Source of the DNA: Octopus sinensis | Lineage: Eukaryota | Length of the DNA stretch: 64,000 nucleotides | NCBI RefSeq assembly: GCF_006345805.1 | Contig: NC_043002.1 | Location: forward strand, 72,726,001-72,790,000 | Direction: 5' to 3' | Part shown: positions 13,141 to 25,118 of the stretch, in pieces | Position numbering within the stretch: position 1 is the first letter of the stretch | Layout: the number at the start of each line of letters is the position of its first letter | Notes under the pieces: generated by a model | What the model was told of the DNA's origin: nothing | The model's database searches: none | Seen by the model: only the letters and a program-made list of their open reading frames with translations | Made by a program: the position numbers and the translations under genes

Positions 13141-13695
13141 TTGGGTTGTCCGGAAAGTTTGTGCCAATTTATAGTAGCTTACCTTTCAACTTATTTTAGA
13201 ACATGGTTGAGTCCATAAAATAGGATTTGACTACACCTCCATTTAGAGCACAGTTTAAGCTATCTTTTCATGGAAGAAGATTTATGTTCCTATAACCTGT
13301 GTTAATTCTGTAACCTTTTAAAATGGAAGATACGAAAGTTCATTTTCAGCACTTGATGCTTTGGGAACCAGAAAAAAATTGCTGCAGCTCGGCTGGGATG
13401 TGTTACCCCACCCTCCATATTCACCAGATATTGCTCCTTCGGATTTCCACTTATTCAGGTCTCTGCAGAATAGACTTAATGGTAAAAATTTCAATTCCTT
13501 GGACAATGTAAAAAGATACCTTGATGAATTCTTTGCCATGAAACCACCTCAATTCTGGGAAGAGGGTATTTTCAAGTTAAAGGAAAGATGGAGATGCATT
13601 GTGCAACAAAATGGTTCATATTTGGTTGATTAAAAATGTAATGGCAAGTATTTTCTTTCTTTTAAAAATCAGCACAAACTTTCCGGACAACCCTA
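13141..13695 (+). mobile_element. Internally deleted mariner element
   Basis: TIRs gggttgtccggaaagtttgtgc, TA target duplication; N-terminal MEDTKVHFQHL fused near the C-terminal LPHPPYSPDIAPSDFHLF...GSY. Confidence 0.9.
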
Positions 13696-13785
13696 TACAT
13701 CACCAACGTTTGAGTAAAGCTGTGGAAAAATAATCATAAAATTTGTATAACAAAGTAAATAGTTGAAAGTGATCATGATACTTAC

Positions 13786-13980
13786 ACATTCTCAAGTTCA
13801 GATATATCAGCCTTCAATTTCAAATGCCAGTTCTCCGATTGCTGAAACATTTGTCGCAAAAGCAATATGTTGGTATGAGCCATGTTAATCAGTTCTGACT
13901 CCATATCACCTCTAATCACTTGAAGTAGTCCATCTAACAATTCTTCAACTTCATAATTAGTGTAAGTATCTTCAGTGAGC
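13786..13980 (-). CDS. LZTFL1: LZTFL1 coding exon 3 (LTEDTY...ISELEN-V)
   Basis: ctttag acceptor, GT|gtaagt donor, 195 nt, phase 2 to 2; strong similarity to LZTFL1. Confidence 0.95.
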
Positions 13981-14189
13981 CTAAAGTACAAAGAAAATAA
14001 TTACATATGCAAATGTATGTGTGTGTGTGTGTGTTTAGAACCAAGAGGAAAAGTATGCAATACATGCTGTAGGTTTTATTCATTCATTTGAAGTTGAACC
14101 TTCACTCCAGTGTTACTCTGAGTTTCTTGTACATTCATCAAAGCTACTCAAAGGACGGACAAGAAATAAGATACTCAGCTTTGAAGATA

Positions 14190-14234
<45 letters not shown>

Positions 14235-14982
14235 TATATACTTTATTTAAAAGCAGCAGAAATATAACAAAACCTGTTACTCAGAGTTTCCCATTCATTG
14301 GACAGTTCTTGTTAAAACAAGAACTGTCTGACAAACGGGAATGTGAAACTCTGAGTAACAGCTTTTGTTATATTTCTTCTGCTTTTAAATAAAGCATATT
14401 ACTCTACCTTGTTTCACATTTATGTGCTTACTCCAGTATATATATATGCCAGTGGCACGTAAAAGGCACCATTCAAGTGTGGTTGATGTTATTACCGCCT
14501 GACTGGCCCCCACGCCAGTGGCACGTAAAAAGCACCCACTATACTCTCAGAGTGATTGGCGTTAAGAAGAGCAACCAGCTGTAGAAACCTTTCCAAATCA
14601 GATTGGAACCTGGTGTTAAACAATGATGATGATATATGTATACACACACACACATATATACATATATATATATATATATATTATCATCATCGTTTAACGT
14701 CCGCTTTCCATGCTAGCATGGGTTGGACAGTTCAACTGGGGTCTGGGAAGCCAGAAGGCTGCACCAGGCCCAGTCTGATCTGGCAGTGTTTCTACAGCTG
14801 GATGTCCTTCCTAACGCCAACCACTCCGTGAATGTAGTGGGTGCTTTTTACGTGCCACCAGCACAGGTGCCAGACGAGGCTGGCAAACGGCCACGATCAG
14901 ATGGTGCTTTTTATGTGCCACCGGCACGGAGACCAGACGAAGCTGGCAACGGCCACGAATCGGATGGTGCTTTTTACGTGCC

Positions 14983-15363
14983 CAGTTGAATAAAGTTAAA
15001 ACATGGTCTTGTTTTATTATTGTATTTTAGTTTTTATTATTGTATTTAAAAAAAAAAATTTACAATGTTGAAGTGTGTTAAACATTAAAAAAATATTTTG
15101 TAATGTTCATAAAGTTCAATTAGCACTTTCATACATTCATAGTAATCATCAGATTTCAAAATGCTGACAGTTGAGTGCTTGACAACTGAATTAAATTACT
15201 GACTTCTTCCTTTTTTATACCTTTTAGAAGGCTCCAACAAGATGAATTTTTTTAATATGGTTAAATACATTTTGAAATCTGATGATTACTATGAATATAT
15301 GTAAGTGCTAATTGAACTTGAAAAAACATGAAAACCAGACCATATTTTAACTTTATTCAACTG
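14983..15363. mobile_element. Foldback MITE with terminal and long subterminal inverted repeats
   Basis: cagttgaataaagttaaaa(c/t)atggtct TIR plus an inner ~50-bp IR aagttcaattagcact...cagatttcaaaatg. Confidence 0.7.
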
Positions 15364-15417
15364 ATATATTATTCTATACACATTTACACAAATTTGGAAA
15401 AACTATGTGTGTGTGTA

Positions 15418-15779
15418 TTGTTGCTATTATGTTAAACTGTCATATGTCCAAATTTGGACAAATGCATTTTTTTCAATATTTAATTTTGCTTGCAATAGCC
15501 GGTCCTTTTGGTCAAACTATCGTATCTCCAGCTGCTTCAGATGCCAAGCTATCAAAAATTGTCAAAGTGTAGTACAATAGTTTAACATTTTTCAAAAGTG
15601 TAGTAAGTCCAACATGCAAAAGTTTTGCAAAAATATTTCTAAGACTGAAAATATCATACATGCATGGAGTTAAAATTCTATGTACCCAACAAAGTATTAT
15701 TGTTAAGTTGAAACTGTCGCTAATGTAAAAAGAAATGGCAACATTTTGGACTTATGACACTTTTGCATAATAGCAACGA
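15418..15779. mobile_element. MITE with ~33-bp TIRs and TA flanks
   Basis: gttgctattatgttaaactgtcatatgtccaaa versus the reverse complement of tttggacttatgacacttttgcataatagcaac. Confidence 0.65.
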
Positions 15780-15819
15780 TATATATATATATATATATAC
15801 ATTGCTTTTTTTCACATTT

Positions 15820-16395
15820 ACTTCTTTCAGTCATTTGTCTGTGGCCATGCTGGAGTACCACCTTTAGTCAAATTGACCCTACAATTTATTCTTTATAAGA
15901 CTAGTACTTATTCTATCGGTCTCTTTTTGCTGAACCACTAACTTACGGGGACATAAACACAGCAACATTGGTTGTCAAGCGATGGTGGGGGGACAAACAC
16001 ATACATAACATATATACACATATATGACAGGCTTCTCTCAGTTTCCGTCTATCAAATCCACTCACATTAGTTCCAGGTTCAGTCCCACTGCATCGCGCCT
16101 TGGGCAAGTGTCTTCTACTATAGCCTCAGGCTGACCAAAGCCTTGTGAGTGGATTTGGTAGGCAGAAACTGAAAAGAAGCCCGTCATATATATGTATGTT
16201 TGTGTGTCTATTTGTCCACCAAACATTGCTTGACAACCGATGCTGGTGTGTTTACGTCCCAGTAACTTAGTGGTTCAGCAAAAAAGACCGATAGAATAAG
16301 TACTAGGCTTACAAAGAATAAGTCCTGGGGTCGATTTACTCGACTAAAGGCGGTACTTCAGCATGGCCACAGTCAAATGACTGAAATAAGTAAGA
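15820..16395. mobile_element. Two family A SINE parts fused in inverted orientation
   Basis: Minus copy 15820-16066 directly joined to plus copy 16068-16395. Confidence 0.8.
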
Positions 16396-16710
<315 letters not shown>

Positions 16711-16847
16711 GTGTACAAACAATTAGGTATTGATACATGAAAGGTGACTTTGACAGGACACCTTACATGCTAGAAAGGCAGTTAAAACCTAAACCATGAA
16801 TAAAAGCAATTTCAAAGAGAATGAAAATAAAAAATATTTCTATATTT

Positions 16848-16919
16848 AACCCCAAACTCAAGTTTCCGTATTAATGAGCAAATAAATTAATTTCTCATCT
16901 GTACTTCATCAGTGAGGTC
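16848..16919 (-). ncRNA. Candidate type-I hammerhead ribozyme (copy B)
   Basis: Minus strand: GACCUCA-CUGAUGA-A-GUA..AUGAG..CUCAU..UAC-G-GAAA-CUUGAG-UU/UGGGGUU. 7-bp stem I and the same core; the base of stem II is one nt shorter than in copy A. Confidence 0.55.
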
Positions 16920-17318
16920 GCTAAAATTAATATGTATTTATACAGCTAATATGTACTGAAAACTCACGAGTACTGCATACTTATACATTATATTTTCAAA
17001 TACACTGTGCAAGCGCAGGGACATTCAGCAACAAATTTAAAACTGCACACCAGAAAGGCTTCGAAATTATGAAAATTTTACTAAGAAAATAATAAGGGTT
17101 GAAAATTTAGAAAATTGTTCATACCAGTGGCTAGCATGCGTAATAAAGTCAATAGACAACATATTTTCATATATAATAGTGTACAAACAATTAAGTATTT
17201 ATACACAAAAGAGGTAACCTTTGACAGGACACCTTAGATGCTAGAAAGGGCAGTCAAAACCCAAACCACGAATAAAAGCAATTTCAAAGAGAATGAAAAT
17301 AAAAAATATTTTTATAGT

Positions 17319-17393
17319 TAACCCCAAACTCAAGTTTCTGTATTAACGAGCAAATAAATTAATTTGTCATCTGTACATTCATCAGTGAGGTTA
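17319..17393 (-). ncRNA. Candidate type-I hammerhead ribozyme (copy A)
   Basis: Minus strand: UAACCUCA-CUGAUGA-A-UGUA..hairpin..UACA-GAAA-CUUGAG-UU/UGGGGUUA. 8-bp stem I, intact core with one extra A, self-complementary stem III ACUUGAGU, GUU cleavage triplet. Confidence 0.65.
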
Positions 17394-18563
17394 CTAAAAT
17401 TGATATAAATTTATACAGCTAATACGTACTGAAAACACACGTGGGTGCTGCGTGCTTTCACAGCATGTGTATATATGTGTGTGTGAGTGTATATGAATGT
17501 ATGTATGTATTTGTGTGTCTATATTTGCCCCCCACCCACAATCACTTGATAACCGATGCTGGTGTGTTTACATTCCTGTAACTCAGCAGTTTGGCAAAAG
17601 AGTCCGATAGAATAAGTACTAGGCTTACAAAGAATAAGTCCTGGGGTTGATTTGTTCGACAAAAGGTGGTGCTCCAGCATGGCCACAGTCAAATGATTGA
17701 AACAAGTAAACTAAATATAAGAACATATATACATATATATATGCAAACAGTGTTAAATGAAATATAGTTATGTACAGTCAAGTAACCTCGAGAGAAGAAA
17801 TTCTTTCTACTTTAGGCACAAGGCCCAAAATTTGGGGGGAGGGAGCCAGTAAATTAGATTGACCCCAGTACGCAACTAGTACTTAATTTATCAACCCTGA
17901 AAGGATGAAAGGCAAAGTCAACCTTGGCGAGCTTTGAACTCAGAATGTAATGGCAGACAAAATACCACTAAGCATTTCACCCAGCATGGTAATATTTCTG
18001 CCAGCTCGCCACCTTTTCAAGAGAAGAAATTACCATCGATGGAGCAATGATAGAGATTCAGGATGCATGGAAGGGTTGATGCAAGAATATGATGACAGTG
18101 AAACTAAGATGAAAATAAGCAGCACGGCAGAGAAGGGTGAAGGTAGAGTGAACACGGAACAATTGGTCTAATGCAACCTACTATGCACAGGCTTCAAGAT
18201 GGGCTGGGCAGGTCAGATGATGGAGTTAGTGAGGAGAATGGAAAATAGTTGGGTCCTAAACCAGTGAACAGCACAAATGAGTATTGACAAACAATACAGA
18301 TAATGAGAAAGGTGCAGCAGTGACAGACTTAGCCCTTTCTCTCTCTGCATATATATATATAAATTAGAAAAAAAAACACCTTTTATCAATTCAGCAATGA
18401 AAAAATTAAATTATACCATATGGAAAAAAAATTACATCCTATAGAAAAAAATTAAATGTAAGATAAAAACATATACCAATGATTAAGTAATGTGCAAAAT
18501 AATAAATAAAACGTATATATTTGGTAAAATGACCAAATATATAATGTACACATATAAACTTAC

Positions 18564-18691
18564 CTACTGCATTTTACATCATTAAAACAGGAATTTATTG
18601 CACGAAGTTGCTGACTTCGATGAAATCGGACAAAACGCATGTATGCAACCACTTGAGCTTGGTGGTGCTCATTTAAACCAAGTACTGATGT
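18564..18691 (-). CDS. LZTFL1: LZTFL1 coding exon 2 (TSVLGLNEHH...DVKCS-R)
   Basis: tttcag acceptor, AG|gtaagt donor, 128 nt, phase 0 to 2. Confidence 0.95.
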
Positions 18692-18721
18692 CTGAAATTC
18701 AAAGAAAAATACACATATATA

Positions 18722-18955
18722 TAAGGTGTTCAGGCTAAATTTGACAGTTTGCATAAAACCGAAAGCAAACACAATATCTGACCCAAAAATAAAAGTATTT
18801 TAAAAATCAAAATATATCAACTAGATTATGGCTGAGAGATAAGAGTTTACTCAAAGTAGCCACCCGCAGCTTCCACCATGGCTGCAAGATAGCTCCAGAA
18901 TCTGGCACATGTATTCTTCACTGTATCCTTAGGAAGAATTTTGAACGCCTTTTTG
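18722..18955 (-). mobile_element. maT-like transposase 3' fragment
   Basis: Minus frame FKILPKDTVKNTCARFWSYLAAMVEAAGGYFE*, a typical Tc1/maT C-terminus, followed by a TIR-like end. Confidence 0.55.
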
Positions 18956-19222
18956 ATCTTTCAGTTTCCGTCTTACCAAATCCACTCACAAGGCTTTGGT
19001 CAGCCTGAGGCTATAGTAGAAGACACTTGCCCAAGGTGCGATGCAGTGGGACTGAACCCGGAACCATGTGGTTGGTAAGCAAGTTACTTACCCCACGGCT
19101 AGTGGGGTAAGTACTAGGGTCGATTCTTTTGACTAAAAATTCTTCAAGGCTGTGTCCCATCACGACCACAGTCTAATAATTGAAACAAGTAAAAGATAAA
19201 AGACAAAAGATATATATAATTA

Positions 19223-19575
19223 TAGGCGCAGGACTGGCTGTGTGGTAAGAAGCTTGCTTCCCAACCACATGGTTCTAGGTTCAGTCACACTGCGTGGCAC
19301 CTTGGGCAAATGTCTTTTACTATAGCCTCAGGCTGACCAAAGCCTTGTGAGTGGATTTGATAGACGGAAACTGAAAGAAGCATGTCATATACATATATGT
19401 GTATAAATGTTATGTATGTGTTTGTCACTCCACCATCTCTTGACAACCGATGTTGTTGTGCTTATGTCCCCGTCAGTTAGTGGTTCAGCAAAAAGAGACC
19501 GATAGAATAAGTACTAGTCTCATAAAGAATAAGTTCTGGGGTCAATATATTTGACTAAAGGTGGTGCTCCAACAT
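19223..19575 (+). mobile_element. SINE family A copy (a partial minus copy lies at 18957-19097)
   Basis: Head ggcgcaggactggctgtgtggtaag matches family A. Confidence 0.8.
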
Positions 19576-20388
19576 GGGATTACAATTGGTGAAATTAGGA
19601 GACCAGAAATTGGGGCTGCTGAAACCATAGAAAATTTCCAGCAACCACTTCTGAATGACTCCAGAGGTATGGCAAGGAGCTGAATCCTGTCCCCATACAA
19701 ATGGTTTTCTAGTAGCAAATCTCTCCAGTCAGGGTTTGATCACAGTTACCAGCAGCTTCACATAGCAGCCTGAGTTGAGCCTAAGGCTCTGTTCTAAGAC
19801 ATGGACATGAATTTAGGTGCGCAGATGCAATCAGTTGTGTACCTTCTTGCTGGCTATAGCTTTGTAGTCTCTTTGTTGCAGCTGCCCATGTCATATCTTG
19901 CATCCTTTAAAGTGTTCACAGAGCATTGGACAGCAGTCACAATGTTCGCACTTCGATACCTAGCACAAATCATCATGATGCAGGTAACTCTTTTCCATTA
20001 TTCAAGTGGCTTCCAGTCCACCACTACCATCATCATCATCATCATCATCGTTTAACATCCATTTTCCATGCTAGCATGGGTTGGATGGTTCAACCGGGGT
20101 CTGGGAAGCCAAGAGGCTGCAGCAAGCTCCAGTCTGATCTGGCAGTGTTTCTACAGCTGGATGCCCTTCCTAATGCTAACCACATCATGAGTGTAGTGGG
20201 TGCTTTTTACATGCCACCGGCAATAAATGGCAGCACAAGTTTTGTAAACATACATACTGTTTTGGGCAAGTTTTGAGCCTACATTGAGTGCATTGGACAC
20301 AAGGAGATTTTTAAAGCCATTTTGGGGTAAAAAAGGTGCGTCAAATAGGCCATCAAATACAGTATATATATACATATATATATATATA

Positions 20389-20972
20389 CTAGCAGTATTG
20401 CCCGGCTCAACGGGGATTTCAGAGTAGAGTTTCAGGGAGTCGCTGGCGATGTATCGTGATGATCAAAAATCCGGCCTGCTAAAATTTGGTTAAAGTGATT
20501 CAAACTGCAGACTCAACGCAAAATGGTCACATTTAATTCAAAGCATTAAAAATGTTTTGAAAACAATTGGTATGTGTTCACAAAGTCCAAACGATTAATA
20601 CGAAAAAACCCTCCAGGCTACATCCCAAAAATTCATTTCTTTGCCGAATTTCTACAATGTTTACAGCGATTTGTTTTTATATCTTCATTTTTTATTTTTC
20701 ATGCAATTTACACATTGCTTGCACGCGTGGTGAACACAGTTCACGTCAAACAGCTGACTGAGTAAAGTTCACTATTCAATGCATGGGATAAACAAACACA
20801 TTATCGATTTTTGCACTTGTGAGATGAATTTCGGAACAGAAATAGCGCAGTTCAATTTTCATTCGCCTAAACTTTAAGTGACCCATTTTTGGTGGTTCTA
20901 CGATTTGTTGGCTAGGAGATGTGCCAGGAAGTTAAACACACAGACACACAAGTTGAGTTTTATATATATAGA
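20389..20972 (-). mobile_element. Non-autonomous Helitron
   Basis: Minus strand starts A|TC, ends CTAG|T, has a subterminal hairpin cccg-ttgagc-cggg 8 nt before CTAG and a (TG)-rich tract near the 5' end; inserted in (TA)n. Confidence 0.7.
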
Positions 20973-21465
20973 TATATATCTGTGTGTGTGGAGGCACATG
21001 GCCTAGTGGTTAGAGCAGCGGACTCGTGGTCGCAGGATTAAATCTCAGACCAGGCGATGTGTGTATTTATGAGCGAAAACACCTAAACTCCAACCAGCTC
21101 TGGCAGAAGGTAATGGCAAACTTCTGCTGACTCTTTCGTCACAACTTTCTCTCACTCTTTCCTCCTGCATCTAGCAGCTCACCTGCAACAGACCAGCATC
21201 CCATCCAGGTGGGGAACCTATATGCCAAGAAACCAGGAAACCAGCCCTTATGAGCCAGGCATGGCTCGAGAACGAACAAACGATATATACATACATATAT
21301 ATATATATATACATACACACACACATATACCCACATATATATACATATGTATGTATGTGTGAGTATATACATACACACACACAGCCCTCAGGCAAAATTG
21401 ATCCTGTCGAAATATCCAACCCATGCCAGCATGGAACATAGACATTAAACAATGATAATTATATT

Positions 21466-21506
<41 letters not shown>

Positions 21507-22417
21507 AAAATACAAAATGGGACAAGAATGCAAAACATCCAGACAACTAGGTGATACAAAAAGGGACAACAAAACATCCAGATAGACAATACAAAAAAAC
21601 AAGGACAGGTCATTCGAAGCCTTTTATCCTCAGTCAAGAACCGGATCATCCTCGCAATTTCGGCTGATTAATCTTGAGATTGCTCCAATCTGGCCAGCCC
21701 CAAGGAAAAACTAAGCTCAGAGTGTTAGATTCCTTGGAAAAAAAAGCGTCGAATGTATATGAAAACAAGGACAGAAAAACAAACGATGTTACACGAATAT
21801 AGATACAAAAATACAATAATAATAATAATAACAGGACATAACAACAGGCGTCTTTCGACTGGGGATATATATGTATCTCAGTAATAACAATAAAGTTAGC
21901 CTGAAGAAACAAAGGAATTGTTCCTTAATTTATTTATACACAAGTGGAAGAGGAAGGCAGACTATATTCAGTGGAAGTTTTAGCGTCTTTGGGTCAGTAT
22001 TGAGCTGTGGTTTGCTACAACACAATCAACTAAGTCTATATATTGTTATCATGGTTATCATTTAGTTTTATGTTATTTATTTTACTGTTGTTTTAATGCT
22101 TTTCGGTCATTGGACTGTGGCCACTGTGAGGCACGATTGATTATATTGATCTCAATGTTAATGTCAGTCAGATATTTAGTGTATCGATTTCTCTTTGTCA
22201 ATACAAATATATGTGCAAATACACACACGTAAACATACATATGCATACACATGTACACACACACATATATATGAATATACACATGCAAACTCACACACGC
22301 ACATATAAATACACGTCTGTCCTACATGTACGTTTTGTAGTACTCAATGCATTTTTCATTTATGGAATAACTGAACGCCACGCATCCCGACTTTTGTTAT
22401 ACATAAATTATACACAT

Positions 22418-22810
22418 ACAGGTGCAGGAGCGGCTGTGTGGTAAGTAGCTTGCAAACCAACCACATGGTTCCGGGTTCAGTCCCACTGCGTGGCATCTTG
22501 GGAAGTGTCTTCTGCTATAGCCCCGGGCCGACCAATGCCTTGTGAGTGGATTTGGTAGACGGAAACTGAAAGAAGCCTGTCGTATATATGTATGTATGCA
22601 TGTGTGTTTGTGTGTCTGTGTTTGTCCCCCTAGCATTGCTTGACAACTGATGCTGGTGTGTTTACGTCCCCGTTATTTAGCGGTTCGGCAAAAGAGGCCG
22701 ATAGAATAAGTACTGGGCTTACAAAGAATAAATCCCGGGGTCGATTTGCTCAACTAAAGGCGGTGCTCCAGCATGGCCGCAGTCAAATGACTGAAACAAG
22801 TAAAAGACAG
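22418..22810 (+). mobile_element. SINE family A copy
   Basis: Full-length near-consensus copy. Confidence 0.85.
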
Positions 22811-22909
22811 AAAAAGTACATACATTCTCCCCTACTTTTTGTTAGGGTGTCCTAAGTTGAGATATACTCAGTTAGTTTTGTTGCCTTTTTAGCGCTGTTG
22901 TCTATTTAT

Positions 22910-24730
22910 TGACTAGAAAATATTAAATTTATTGAAAAGGGATTTAAGCAAAAACGAAATTTACTTATTTTTAAGAGGATTCAAATTTACTCCTGCACTA
23001 ATCTTAAATATAACTGTGATGAAAGCAGACATTCAAAACTTTAGCCAATGCCTCCACCTAACAAAAATTCTTAAACGACAGCAAAGATGAAAAGGACAAT
23101 TCATTTGTCATGAATATATCCAGTTTTACTCTGCATAAAGGAAGAGATGAACATTTGGCTACTTACAGTGATATGATATCAAAATTCACCATTAGCAGCC
23201 ATAAATGTAAATAGAACCTTCAGAAAGAAGATAAAAAAGCTGTACAAAAATTGGAGAATGATACTAATTGAAACCAATAAGGAACAGGGCAATTATCATT
23301 ATGGATACAGAATATTACAAAGGAAAACTACTTGAACAATTAATGGGTAGTAACTGCTGCAAAGAAGAGACGAGAAACCTGGGGAAAACAACTATAAAGT
23401 AATGAAATCAGCTCATTAACCCTTTAGCATTTAAACCAACATCTGGCCATGATATTCTATCTGTTTAATGTTCAAACTGACCACATCCAACCTCTCGCAC
23501 TTACCCTATAATGTCATTCTAAAAATAAACTATCACATCATTGAAATTTTGAAGCTTCAAGATAATGCATGATTAATTCAAAATAACAAGAATAAATAAG
23601 CAGTACTTTTGACAGAGTAATCTAAATGTTAAAGGGTTAAACCAACTTATGCTCAAGCTCCTTTCACAGAGAAAGAAATTGACAATGTTTGTAATTTCAA
23701 AAGTAAAGCAAGCAGGTTTTACAGATTGCCCGAAGCTCATGAGGGCTTGAAAATGCAGGAAGCTGTAAATGAACAAAATAACTAAGACACTGAAACACTG
23801 AGAACAACAATGATAGGACCACAATCATCAACACAACACCTATGTCACCTAATAGATTTAAGCTACTCTCACCAAAGAGCCCAAGCTACATATGTGATAA
23901 AATGGACTTCCTTAAATACATACCATCAATGGTCCCAAAGTGCACCATTTTAACAAACTTTAACGTCACTAGTCTCTGTGCCAATATACCAGACATTAGG
24001 AGGCTTAACAACAGTGAAATATTGGGTAGAAGGCATAGAGACATGATTAACGAACACTTCATAACAGATTTCATCATCAAAGCTCCACAATTAAGATCAG
24101 AAGAAAACACCTTTAGCTCTGATGGCAAAACCACTTGCATCAAAGCAAAGCTCCCAATCCTTTTGCAAAATACAAAAATGAAAGATTTAATCAACAAAAA
24201 TCCAATTATTAACAAAAAGTGTTGAGGAACTTTTTGCCAAAGCAATATTCACTTTGGAAAATACTTCAAAGTTTTCTGTAAAAACCTGTGGAAATAACAG
24301 ATATAATACTTGCAGCAGCAATTACAAATTGGAAACTGGTTCAGAAGTGGACAATCCTTTATATATTGCATCAACTGTTCCAAATACAAGAAAAATCATA
24401 TTCACTAGACTGGAAATTCTTTGTCTGAATGGATTAGGATACATGTGCAACAAATATGTAGCCCAAAACTAAAAATAATCTCTCAAAACATTTTGAAATT
24501 TGCCAGAACGAACTTAAGATGTTTCCCATCAGCAAATGCTTTTGAGATGATTTGACATATCATTTAGAAATGGAGAAGCACCCAAAATAATGTGACCAAA
24601 AAGAAAAAAAAATATATTCGTCTTCAAAAATTCTTATAGCATGAAAATACTACTCATTACTGTTTAACTATCTTAATATTTTGTTTGTTTGTAGCCACTT
24701 CAACACGACTGTCTGTTTGAATGGACTTTG
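22910..24730 (+). mobile_element. Penelope-like element remnant (RT and GIY-YIG fragments)
   Basis: Degraded frames NLQKEDKKAVQKLEND..IIIMDTEYYK, SYICDKMDFLKYIP..NFNVTSLCANIP, EENTFSSDGKT, KTCGNNR..C; interrupted by a piggyBac-like MITE. Confidence 0.7.
23420..23636 (+). mobile_element. piggyBac-like MITE with TTAA duplication
   Basis: ttaa|ccctttagcatt ... aatgttaaaggg|ttaa. Related partial copies at ~37210-37408, 49600-49740, 53880-54066, 55757-55930, 60880-61095. Confidence 0.75.
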
Positions 24731-25083
24731 CTGCAATTTTTTAACCGTAGTATTTTTTACTATTTTTTATAAATTCTGTACACTACAAGCAAATATTTAT
24801 ATGCATATGTGTGCATGTTGGTAATTATGACATATATATATATATGTGTGTGTGTTGGTATATATATATATATATGTGTGTGTGTGTTGGTATATATATA
24901 TATATATATATGCATTTTTATGAATGCGTTTTGTACATATGTTTAAATGTATATGTCCAAGTGCATGCATATATATATATATATATATATAAAGTTAATC
25001 CAAACAAGAAAGCACAAAAAAACACAACAACGCGAGGACGTGGAACAAATATAGTATTATTGGACGCTCAGGAAAGAAGGAGG

Positions 25084-25118
25084 GTTTAACGTTTCGAGCG
25101 GAGCTCTTCGTCGGAAAC
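25084..25118 (-). ncRNA. Minimal hammerhead-variant motif in a Penelope-like terminal repeat
   Basis: GUUU-CCGACGA-A-GAGC-UCC-GCUC-GAAA-CG-UU/AAAC: 4-bp stem I, 4-bp stem II, palindromic AACGUU stem III. The core has a U4C change. Confidence 0.4.

Noticed and set aside
21595-21640. Hammerhead-like fragments (CUGAGGA...CGAAU here; CUGAAGA at ~26550 and ~50760)
   Set aside because: GAAA and stems I/III are missing or broken; at best decayed Penelope-type termini.
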